A stretch of DNA of 64,000 bases from Cuniculiplasma divulgatum. Its GTDB lineage: Archaea > Thermoplasmatota > Thermoplasmata > Thermoplasmatales > Thermoplasmataceae. Each line of letters starts with the position of its first letter. Position 1 is the stretch's first letter. Position numbers and translations under genes: made by a program. Under the pieces are notes generated by a model. The model did no database searches. It had not been told where the DNA came from and saw only the letters and a list, made by a program, of their open reading frames with translations. Of this stretch, positions 23,136 to 30,361 are shown in pieces. Location: the NCBI GenBank assembly GCA_031200235.1, contig CP133595.1, forward strand, positions 1,386,877 through 1,450,876, read 5' to 3'.

Positions 23136-24134
23136 ATGAAAGGTGAGGGAAGATTGATAACAGTTGGTATCGACCTAGGATATGGTGACACGAAAGTCAT
23201 CGGAGTGGACGGCAAAAGAGAGAAGTTCCCGTCAAGATGGGCTGGAACTGAGGCTAAGAACTGGGGAATAGGGGGATCAACAACGATCCTTACCATAAAC
23301 GATGGTGAGCCATTCTTCTTTGGAGACAATGCCACGGGCGCAAACGTCAGGGAGCCCCAGGGAGATGGGAGACTTTCTGACCCGGACTCGTTGCCGCTTC
23401 TTGCCGGAGCCCTCTGGATGAGCGGAGCCGGAACAGACGGAAACCAGGCAGAAATAGTACTCGGAAGCGGAACCCCCCTGGGTACATTTGAACATGAACT
23501 CAATGCCGCGAAGGAATTTCTGGAAGGCAAGGAATTTGATATAAAGTCAGTATCCGGAGAGACCAGAAAATTCAAGCTTTCAAAACTGGTTATGAGACCA
23601 CAGGGAGTAGGGGCGGCACTTTATCTACTTGACCAGGGCCTGATTAAAACCCAGTACGGATACGGGGTTGTGGTGGATATCGGCTCAAGGACTACTGATG
23701 TCCTCACTGTTAACCTGAAGAACATGGAACCCGTTGTGGAAATGTCTTTCAGTATACAGGCAGGAGTCGGCGATCTTGTCTCAGGCATAAGCAAAGCAAT
23801 TGCCAAGGAGACAGGGTTCATCGTGCCAACCGATATAGCCAGGGAAGCCATTTCCCAGACAGTAGTATTCAAGCAGAGAGAAGTTGGAGGGCCAAAGGTA
23901 TCAGAGCCTCTTATGAACACTCTTGCCTCAAAGATCCTTGACAAGCTCAGGGAGAATCTCAGGGAAGAGCTTGACAGAATTACTGCGCTCATACCGGTTG
24001 GCGGAGGTTCAACACTCATAGGCCACAGGCTAGAGGCACTTGCGCCTGGCACCCTCATAAAAATACCAGCCGAGGATATCCAGTTTGCAAATGCTCTGGG
24101 ATACAGGGATGCAGCCAGCAGATCAGCGCAGTGA
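23136..24134 (+). CDS. actin-fold ATPase, ParM/Ta0583-like archaeal actin homologue
   Basis: 332 aa. Phosphate-1 GIDLGYGDTKVIG, GSGTPLG, DIGSRTTD, IPVGGGS. Close to my recollection of Thermoplasma Ta0583 (GYGDTKVIGVDGKR..FPSRWA). Confidence 0.85.
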   Translation: MKGEGRLITVGIDLGYGDTKVIGVDGKREKFPSRWAGTEAKNWGIGGSTTILTINDGEPFFFGDNATGANVREPQGDGRLSDPDSLPLLAGALWMSGAGTDGNQAEIVLGSGTPLGTFEHELNAAKEFLEGKEFDIKSVSGETRKFKLSKLVMRPQGVGAALYLLDQGLIKTQYGYGVVVDIGSRTTDVLTVNLKNMEPVVEMSFSIQAGVGDLVSGISKAIAKETGFIVPTDIAREAISQTVVFKQREVGGPKVSEPLMNTLASKILDKLRENLREELDRITALIPVGGGSTLIGHRLEALAPGTLIKIPAEDIQFANALGYRDAASRSAQ

Positions 24135-24141
24135 TTTTTTT
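24135..24141 (+). terminator. oligo-T tract after the actin-like gene
   Basis: T7 run immediately after the TGA stop. Confidence 0.4.
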
Positions 24142-24218
24142 GCTGCACAATTTCCCTGACAAATTATTTATTGTGGCTGGAGATGGGCACCATCCTTCTT
24201 CTATGAAAGGATGAGAAC

Positions 24219-24623
24219 ATGGCAGCCAGGAAAAAAAATGACAATGAAACTGAGGAGGAAGCGGACCTCAGTGAAACAATTATTAAGCTTGAAAAGGAAG
24301 ATATCTCCGCCATAAACCTTCTGAGGCAGCAGGGCGAATCCGCGTTGCAGGTTATACGCAGGGCATTGCAGGATTCACTTGAGTATGGAGTCATGAAAGA
24401 TATGCTCTCATCAATTGACGGGAGGATTACGGAACTATCCAACAAATACAAGACAAGCCAGTCCACAATTATTAATTTCAAATATGATGTGGACGACGGG
24501 CTCAGAGTACCAGAAGAGCTCAGGAAGGGGGAGGACAGGAATCAGAAGGTCACCAACCTGAAGCAGGCTCTGGAAAAAAAATGGTCCGAACTTGAGGAGA
24601 AAAAGGAGAAGAATAAACAATAA
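24219..24623 (+). CDS. ribbon-helix-helix DNA-binding protein with charged coiled-coil C-terminus (ParR-like architecture)
   Basis: 134 aa. TIIKLEKEDISAINLLRQQGESALQVIRRALQDSL reads as strand, helix, G-x-S turn, helix. The C-terminal 60 aa are K/E-rich heptad-like. A GATGG-GCA-CCATC palindrome (24182-24194) lies between TATA-like aaattatttatt and the ATG. Confidence 0.55.
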   Translation: MAARKKNDNETEEEADLSETIIKLEKEDISAINLLRQQGESALQVIRRALQDSLEYGVMKDMLSSIDGRITELSNKYKTSQSTIINFKYDVDDGLRVPEELRKGEDRNQKVTNLKQALEKKWSELEEKKEKNKQ

Positions 24624-24663
24624 CGCACACATCAATTTAAATAGTGTAGAAGCATAATTTATC

Positions 24664-25104
24664 ATGCCACTTTCCATAGGCGAGGATGCGCCAGATTTTG
24701 AAGCAATAGATGATGAAGGCAACCGTATCAGGTTTTCGGACTATTCAAAAGGGAAAGTTGTTCTCTACTTCTATCCCAAAGATGAAACTCCAGGTTGCAC
24801 AGCTGAAGCATGTGCCTTCAGAGATGAATGGGACGAGTTCCGCAAGCTCGACTGCACAATCATAGGTGTCAGCTCAGATTCTGTGGAATCTCACAAAAAG
24901 TTCAAGGAACACAGACAACTGCCCTTCAAGCTTGTATCTGATCCGGACCAGAAGATCCGGTCAATGTACGGGGCCAAGGGTTTTATTATACCGCCAAGAA
25001 TCTCATTTGTGATTGTTAATGGAAAGATAATACACACCTACAACTCCCAGATGAATGCCACGAATCATGTCAGGGAGGCCAGGCTCGTTCTTGAAAAAAA
25101 TTGA
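24664..25104 (+). CDS. bcp: peroxiredoxin, Bcp type
   Basis: 146 aa. [15 protein letters not shown] active site. Confidence 0.9.
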   Translation: MPLSIGEDAPDFEAIDDEGNRIRFSDYSKGKVVLYFYPKDETPGCTAEACAFRDEWDEFRKLDCTIIGVSSDSVESHKKFKEHRQLPFKLVSDPDQKIRSMYGAKGFIIPPRISFVIVNGKIIHTYNSQMNATNHVREARLVLEKN

Positions 25105-25118
25105 TGGATTAATCCATC
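25103..25118. terminator. perfect 16-bp palindrome spanning both convergent stop codons
   Basis: GATGGATTAATCCATC contains the bcp TGA and the complement of the CDGSH gene TAA. Confidence 0.45.
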
Positions 25119-25345
25119 TTATAAAATGAGGTTACCTTTACCCTGTTTCCCTGTTCATCGTAGAGATATGTGTCACCCTTTTCGTCAAGAGTCTTCTTGT
25201 GAGTGCCATCGCAGTATGGCTTATTCTTGGAAAGTCCACATGCGCACAGATGCAGTTCCTGATCTCCAACCTTCACCACATATGGGTGGTTTCTTTCGTG
25301 CAGTACCAATCTTGCCATTTTATATCCCATTTGACATGTTTTCAA
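25109..25345 (-). CDS. CDGSH iron-sulfur domain protein
   Basis: CACGLSKNKPYCDGTHKK motif. The start may be the internal ATG (MARLVLHE, 25315). Confidence 0.85.
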   Translation of the reverse strand: MKTCQMGYKMARLVLHERNHPYVVKVGDQELHLCACGLSKNKPYCDGTHKKTLDEKGDTYLYDEQGNRVKVTSFYKMD

Positions 25346-25443
25346 CCTAATAAATCATTATCCATCTGACTTGGAAAGCATCTTTAAGATTTTCCACAGT
25401 CAATATATGTAGCAATTTACCATGGACAGCTGTTTGAACTTAT

Positions 25444-26010
25444 ATGCATCTTATGGCCAGTTCAATCCAACAGCATGATATTTATGTGAATAGCCCATCA
25501 TCCCAAGACTTGAGGAAGATACTTCTCATCATAGGTCTCGCAATACTGGTGGCAGGGCTCCTTATGGCGGCCTCAATGCCTGAACTTGAGAAACCGCATA
25601 TCAGGACTTATGACAAACTGAATTCATTTTCTGCCGGAGAATATGTATCTCTGGAACTGAACATCACTGGGCAGTCAGAGATATCCACACAGGGCCTCAG
25701 CACCTACCTTATAGATGCATCGCAGCTTTCCATGGTCAATGCATCCAATATAGGGCTGTATAATATCCATGAAGTGCTCAACCTTACGGTGAGCGGTGTT
25801 GCAACCCACTCATATGTCGTGTCTGCGGGCCACTATTATGTTGTTTATTTTGGCAACTCATCTTCAAACATAAACTATACGGTAATCAGAGACTACGGCC
25901 TGGTCTCATTCATGGGCACGTTATACGTAGCAGGGCTGGCAATGATACTGATTGGAATAGTTGGCACAGCTCTAGGGGCGGTGCTCAGGCCAAAGAATAT
26001 GAATCAATAA
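25444..26010 (+). CDS. hypothetical membrane-anchored protein with N- and C-terminal TM helices
   Basis: 188 aa. Hydrophobic spans ILLIIGLAILVAGLLMAA and LYVAGLAMILIGIVGTALGAV flank a domain with several N-x-S/T sequons. Confidence 0.5.
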   Translation: MHLMASSIQQHDIYVNSPSSQDLRKILLIIGLAILVAGLLMAASMPELEKPHIRTYDKLNSFSAGEYVSLELNITGQSEISTQGLSTYLIDASQLSMVNASNIGLYNIHEVLNLTVSGVATHSYVVSAGHYYVVYFGNSSSNINYTVIRDYGLVSFMGTLYVAGLAMILIGIVGTALGAVLRPKNMNQ

Positions 26011-26091
26011 GGCTGATCCGGAAACCGATGCCGGTCGATAACTGTTATATGCCAGAAAATTATATAATATCAAGGAAACTGAGGGAAAGGT

Positions 26092-26469
26092 ATGGCATTC
26101 ATAATTGAAATAGATGATTCATTGGAGACTCCGCTCTACGCCCAGATCAAGCTGTCAGTCATATCAGGCATCAAGACAGGCAAACTCAAGCCAGGTGATG
26201 TTCTTCTCTCATCCCGTGAACTGGCAAAGTCACTTGGGATAAATTACCACACTGTCAACAAAGCATACGATCTCCTTGTGCAGGAGGGGTTTCTCATACG
26301 GGACAAGAAAAAGAGAACATTTGTAAATAAATGGGCCAGTGGAGATGATTCCAGATTCCTCAAACGCTGGGAGGACCTGGAAAAAAGCCTCATAGAAGAG
26401 GCAAAGGCACGTGGAGTCACCAGTGTGAGGATACTGGACATTGTCAGGGAAGCACTGGGAAACAGCTGA
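26092..26469 (+). CDS. GntR-family winged-helix transcriptional regulator
   Basis: 125 aa. LLSSRELAKSLGINYHTVNKAYDLLVQEGFL. Confidence 0.85.
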   Translation: MAFIIEIDDSLETPLYAQIKLSVISGIKTGKLKPGDVLLSSRELAKSLGINYHTVNKAYDLLVQEGFLIRDKKKRTFVNKWASGDDSRFLKRWEDLEKSLIEEAKARGVTSVRILDIVREALGNS

Positions 26470-26491
26470 TTCAATCCATGGGGTATAGACC

Positions 26492-27592
26492 GTGATACAG
26501 TACCTCATTAATGTTGCAGATTCAACTGTAATCATATTTCTACTTGCTTATATAAATTTCATCATGCCATCACTGACTCCAAGATCTGTGCAGTTTGGTG
26601 TAAGAATTCCGCCGGAAAGGATCGCAGATCGTTCCTACCTTTACATAAGGAAGCGATTCAGAATTCACGTTGCTGCATCCTCAAGCATCGTTCTGATATC
26701 GAGCCTTCTGGTATGCATTATCACTGGATCGGCCGGATTTTCGCCACTTTTCATACTTGTGGAAATTCTCACAATGTGGTTTGTATATCTCGATGCACGG
26801 AGACACCTGAGAAATGTTAAGATCAGTGAAAAATGGACTGAAGGGTATATACAGAAGATGCCGGCCGTTATCACGCCCGAGAGACCTGCTACGGTACGAA
26901 TACTTCTGTATTTTGTTATGCCGCTGACTGTCATAGTTTCCACTGCTGTCATCGCAATGAGGGAATATCCATACATGCATGCAATTCTGCCCGTGAAATT
27001 TTCTGGCGCAGACCCGGTTGCATTTGCCCACAAGACAGTTCAGCTGGTTCTGACACCTGTATATTCTCAGCTTATTTTCCTGGGGATATATTCCATACTT
27101 GTCTTTGCACTCTGCCGCGTAAAGGTTGTGCCAGAGTACCCTGATCTGGACAGATCCCTGGCAGTCCAGCGCCATTACAGGCTTGGCGTAATTTTTGCCC
27201 TATCCGTTCTTCTTACAATGGTTGAAGTAGATATCATGCTATCGGGAATGGCCCAGTGGGAGATTGTTCCAGGCATCTTTACAGAATTTTCTGTTATTCC
27301 ATCTGTAGTGGGACTTGTCCTTGTGGTTGCAATAGTGTCAAGGATGAGGCACCGTTTTCCCGGTCAGCTGAATGTGGAATCAGCTGGACCCAGGCGCGTG
27401 ATGAACAGGGATGATGATTCATTCTGGAAGGCTGGCATGATATATTATAACCGTGATGATCCTTCGGTAATTGTTCCAAAGAGGTTCGGCATAGGCTATA
27501 CGGTCAATTACGGCAACCCACTCATTAAAATTGCAATACTCATCCTCCTAGCCTCTCTGGTATGGCTTCTTATAAGGCCTATTGTGGGTTGA
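26492..27592 (+). CDS. polytopic membrane protein (DUF1648/DUF5808-like)
   Basis: 366 aa with multiple TM spans. The C-terminal IYYNRDDPSVIVPKRFGIGYTVNYGNP resembles the DUF5808 motif as I recall it. GTG start. Confidence 0.55.
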   Translation: MIQYLINVADSTVIIFLLAYINFIMPSLTPRSVQFGVRIPPERIADRSYLYIRKRFRIHVAASSSIVLISSLLVCIITGSAGFSPLFILVEILTMWFVYLDARRHLRNVKISEKWTEGYIQKMPAVITPERPATVRILLYFVMPLTVIVSTAVIAMREYPYMHAILPVKFSGADPVAFAHKTVQLVLTPVYSQLIFLGIYSILVFALCRVKVVPEYPDLDRSLAVQRHYRLGVIFALSVLLTMVEVDIMLSGMAQWEIVPGIFTEFSVIPSVVGLVLVVAIVSRMRHRFPGQLNVESAGPRRVMNRDDDSFWKAGMIYYNRDDPSVIVPKRFGIGYTVNYGNPLIKIAILILLASLVWLLIRPIVG

Positions 27593-27652
27593 CATTGTAT
27601 GCCCTGTTCGCCATGAATCTAATAAGGCCAAACCCACTGAAGGCGAGTCTTC

Positions 27653-28421
27653 ATGAAAAGAATTGCCGCATACCTCATTGAGGGGATATTCGCTGTTGCT
27701 GCTGCCCTGATTCTGGCAATCATCTTCCTTCAGGATTTCAGGTTCTTCGTCATGCCTGAATCATTTGTTGTGAAGCTTTATATTTATTCCTTCCTGGGAC
27801 TCATAATTGCCATTGTTCTTATAATTGCTGCAGGAAGGATAAGGGATGTGTCTGATGTTCAGGAAAAAGGAATCTATGGTTATATAAGGGTCTCTTTTGG
27901 ATTTCTCTGGATCATAGATGGTGTCCTGCAGATACAGCCAGAGATGTCATTCGGCTTTGTTTCATTCGTCATAAATCCGGTAGTTTCCCAGTCACCGTCA
28001 CTCATCGGGCAGTTACTCAGGCCTGCAATTGAATTATGGCTGTCCCATCCGGTCTTTCTTGATGCCCTCTCTGGAGTGGCCCAGATATTCATAGGGATGG
28101 GGATTCTAATCTACAGACAGGGCAAGCATCTCAGGATATTTCTCTGGATATCCCTCTTGTGGTCGCTGTATCTCTGGATTCTGGGAGAGGCCTTCGGGGG
28201 AATATTCATTAAAGGCGCCTCCTACCTGACTGGATTTCCGGGGTCTGCATTCATATATGCAATAATATCCATCCTCATGATATCATATTCTGACACAGGG
28301 GCTCTCAAAAGGGATATCGCTGCCTTCATGGCAGGTCTCTTTGCAATTTCGACTGCCCTTCAGGCCATTCCGCAATATGGATTCTGGAGAGCCGAGAATC
28401 TCTTCAACATTCCATCTTCAC
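27653..28421 (+). pseudogene. polytopic membrane protein gene, 5' fragment interrupted by a TnpB element
   Basis: The hydrophobic ORF runs into the element. Joining 28421 to 29616 gives ...NIPSS-L-VINQQPLIL... in frame (1116 nt, 371 codons plus stop). Confidence 0.8.
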
Positions 28422-28429
28422 GATCTCCA

Positions 28430-28473
28430 GTCGCAAGGAAGCCCACCTCTTCAGATGTGGGAGGAATTGCGAC
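28430..28473 (+). repeat. left-end subterminal hairpin
   Basis: GTCGCAA-ggaag-CCCACCTC-ttca-GATGTGGG-aggaa-TTGCGAC: 7-bp outer stem plus an 8-bp inner stem with one mismatch. Identical in copy 2 (53828..53871). Confidence 0.7.
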
Positions 28474-28477
28474 ACTC

Positions 28478-28498
28478 TTATATATTGAGTGTATATAT
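28478..28498 (+). promoter_or_regulatory. TATA box region of tnpB
   Basis: ttatatattgagtgtatatat, about 25 nt upstream of GTG 28506, suggesting a leaderless transcript. Confidence 0.5.
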
Positions 28499-28505
28499 CA
28501 ATATT

Positions 28506-29576
28506 GTGCTCAAGACCCTTCAGATAAAGCTGCTTCCCCATGATGAACAGCAGGGAGCATTGGTTGATACCTTCATCAAATTCAACAGTGCCTGCAACTT
28601 TGTTTCCAGGATAGCGTTTGAAGGGAAGCTGTATAACAAGGTTATTCTCCAGAAAATCACGTACAGGGACATCAGGGAGAGGTTCGGTCTTGCTGCACAG
28701 CTTGCCATCAGGGTCATAGCAAAGGTTGTTGAAACCTATAAGGCTGATAGGACATCTTTCCATGAGTTCAGGGATTTTGGTTCCATTGTATATGATCAGA
28801 GGATACTGAGCTTCAAGGGTGTTGATGAGGTGAGCATCAGTACCACCAGTGGAAGGGTAAGAGTACCCATAACCATTGGAAAATATGGTGATATACCTTT
28901 TGAAAGGATCAGGGGTCAGTGTGATCTCATCAGGAAGAACAAAATGTTCTACCTCATGGTTGCCGTTGAAGTTCCTGAAGAACCCATCATCAAACCGAAT
29001 GACACCATGGGAGTTGACATGGGCATCGTGAATATTGCGGTGGATTCTACCGGGAAGTACTATTCCGGTGATGAGATCAATGAGGTCAGGGAACACAATG
29101 CTGATCTCCGTTCCCGTCTCCAGTCTGTAGGGACCAAATCCGCAAAACGCCATCTGAAGAAACTCTCCGGAAAGGAGGGCAGGTTCGCCAGAACCACCAA
29201 CCACATAATATCTGAAGAGATCGTTCAGAAAGCCAAAGGCACCTCTTCTGCCATTGCCATTGAAAACCTCAGTGGCATAAGAATGAGGACAACCGTTAGG
29301 AAAGGCAACAGGTACATCCATAATTCGTGGGCTTTCAACCAGCTCCGGTCGTTCATTGAATACAGGGCAAGGGAAGCAGGAATCCCTGTCATTGTTGTGG
29401 ACCCACACAACACCAGCAGGGAATGTCCCCATTGCCATGCCATAAGCAGGAAGAACAGGCTGGAACAATCCAGGTTCAGATGTATTTCCTGTGGGTTTGA
29501 GGGAGAAGCGGATTTCATCGCCTCCCTCAACATCAGGAACAGGGCTGCTGTCAGCCAGCCTATTGTAGCCTCATAA
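28506..29576 (+). CDS. tnpB: TnpB (RuvC-like RNA-guided nuclease, IS200/IS605 accessory protein)
   Basis: The N-terminus LKTLQIKLLP..EQQGALVDTFIKFNSACNFV is typical. RuvC residues in GVDMGI, IAIENL, EADFIASLNI. Zinc finger CPHCH..CISCG. GTG start is preferred over ATG 28455, which lies inside the left-end hairpin and upstream of the TATA. Confidence 0.9.
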   Translation: MLKTLQIKLLPHDEQQGALVDTFIKFNSACNFVSRIAFEGKLYNKVILQKITYRDIRERFGLAAQLAIRVIAKVVETYKADRTSFHEFRDFGSIVYDQRILSFKGVDEVSISTTSGRVRVPITIGKYGDIPFERIRGQCDLIRKNKMFYLMVAVEVPEEPIIKPNDTMGVDMGIVNIAVDSTGKYYSGDEINEVREHNADLRSRLQSVGTKSAKRHLKKLSGKEGRFARTTNHIISEEIVQKAKGTSSAIAIENLSGIRMRTTVRKGNRYIHNSWAFNQLRSFIEYRAREAGIPVIVVDPHNTSRECPHCHAISRKNRLEQSRFRCISCGFEGEADFIASLNIRNRAAVSQPIVAS

Positions 29577-29631
29577 GAGTTACAAGCCAGCATGCTTTAG
29601 CAGTTGGTAGTTGACTTGTGATCAATCAACA
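29499..29631 (+). ncRNA. candidate omega-RNA (scaffold overlapping the tnpB 3' end, plus flanking guide)
   Basis: Three consecutive stem-loops: GAGGGAG..GCG/CGC..CTCCCTC (29499-29528), GGCTG-ctgt-CAGCC (29543-29556), CCAGC-a-TGC-ttta-GCA-GTTGG (29587-29607). The 5' boundary and guide length are assumed, not observed. Confidence 0.45.
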
Positions 29632-29962
29632 ACCCCTGATTCTGTCAGAATGGCTGCGTGCCATTTCTCTCAGCTTTTATTACCATCATATTGTGTGGAA
29701 TTTGGTATTTGTGGTAGTCATGGCGGTCACAGCAGTTCTATGGGTTGTAAGACCAAAGATTTCCGCCTTGCTGACAATCGCATTTTCTCTGTTTGTGTGG
29801 TTTGTTGGTCAGGACTTCGGAGTTCTTGGAGGGTACGGCACGGATCCCAATACGGCTTTACCTGTAATATTACTTGCATTCGTGTTTCTATTGCACGAAA
29901 GGATCTATGTTAGAAATGATATTCTACAATTCGATTCTGGCAGGGCAGACCAGCATATCTGA
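29616..29962 (+). pseudogene. polytopic membrane protein gene, 3' fragment
   Basis: The hydrophobic frame (VINQQPLILSEWLRAISLSFYYHHIVWNLVFVVVMAV...) continues the 27653 frame once the element is removed. Confidence 0.8.
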
Positions 29963-30025
29963 ACCGCAATACTTTCCTAACGTGAATAATGAACCATCTG
30001 GAACGCTTGGCGATTCGCGGAATCT

Positions 30026-30042
30026 AAAAAAACAAAAATAAA
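30026..30042 (-). terminator. T-rich tract downstream of tRNA-Pro
   Basis: The minus strand reads tttatttttgttttttt about 20 nt after the tRNA 3' end. Confidence 0.45.
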
Positions 30043-30059
30043 GGATCATTGGTGAAATA

Positions 30060-30135
30060 TGGTGGGGCCGTTGAGATTTGAACTCAAGTTACCAACACCC
30101 CAAGCTGGTAGGATACCAAGCTACCCCACGGCCCC
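30060..30135 (-). tRNA. tRNA-Pro (GGG) with encoded CCA
   Basis: Minus strand GGGGCCG...CGGCCCC-A-CCA. Anticodon arm CCAGC-TTGGGGT-GTTGG. T arm TTGAG-TTCAAAT-CTCAA. Confidence 0.9.
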
Positions 30136-30354
30136 TCACGAGAATGGAAGGATTTCATCTATCAGGTCAGTGTGAGACAGAATCATCCTTCTGCAGCAGT
30201 ATCTGTGAAGGTGGAGATCATCCATTGTGGACGCAATCTCGTCAGGGGTAGGTTCCCTCCCAGAAGCCCTGATCTCTGTCATCTTCTCACTGAACTTGAC
30301 ATAATCTGATGCTATCACCCTTCCGCAGCTGAAACATCTTACAGGTATAATCAT
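30136..30354 (-). CDS. rpoN: DNA-directed RNA polymerase subunit N (Rpo10)
   Basis: MIIPVRCFSCGRVI...HRYCCRRM zinc bundle. Start at the internal ATG 30354. Confidence 0.92.
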   Translation of the reverse strand: MIIPVRCFSCGRVIASDYVKFSEKMTEIRASGREPTPDEIASTMDDLHLHRYCCRRMILSHTDLIDEILPFS

Positions 30355-30361
30355 TGCATCA

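Larger units (their letters stand above)
28422..29615 (+). mobile_element. TnpB-only IS200/IS605-type element, copy 1 (1194 bp)
   Basis: Colinear with 53820..55013 at a constant offset of 25398, with at least about 25 substitutions. No terminal inverted repeats and no target duplication. Left flank is TTCAC in both copies. The element ends ..GTTGAC. Confidence 0.9.

Noticed and set aside
23042-24148. 177-aa and 175-aa minus-strand ORFs covering the actin-like gene.
   Set aside because: The plus-strand frame has clear actin-fold ATPase motifs. The antisense translations are Ser/Pro-rich without motifs.
28341-28505. Track ORF start at 28341 and ATG 28455 as the tnpB start.
   Set aside because: 28341 lies in the interrupted host gene (read-through frame). 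ATG 28455 sits inside the left-end hairpin and upstream of the TATA-like box. GTG 28506 gives the typical TnpB N-terminus.
29611-29913. 100-aa ORF in an alternative frame just after TnpB copy 1.
   Set aside because: The overlapping frame starting at 29618 is hydrophobic and joins in frame to the upstream gene fragment. This frame is Cys/Ser-rich and unsupported.
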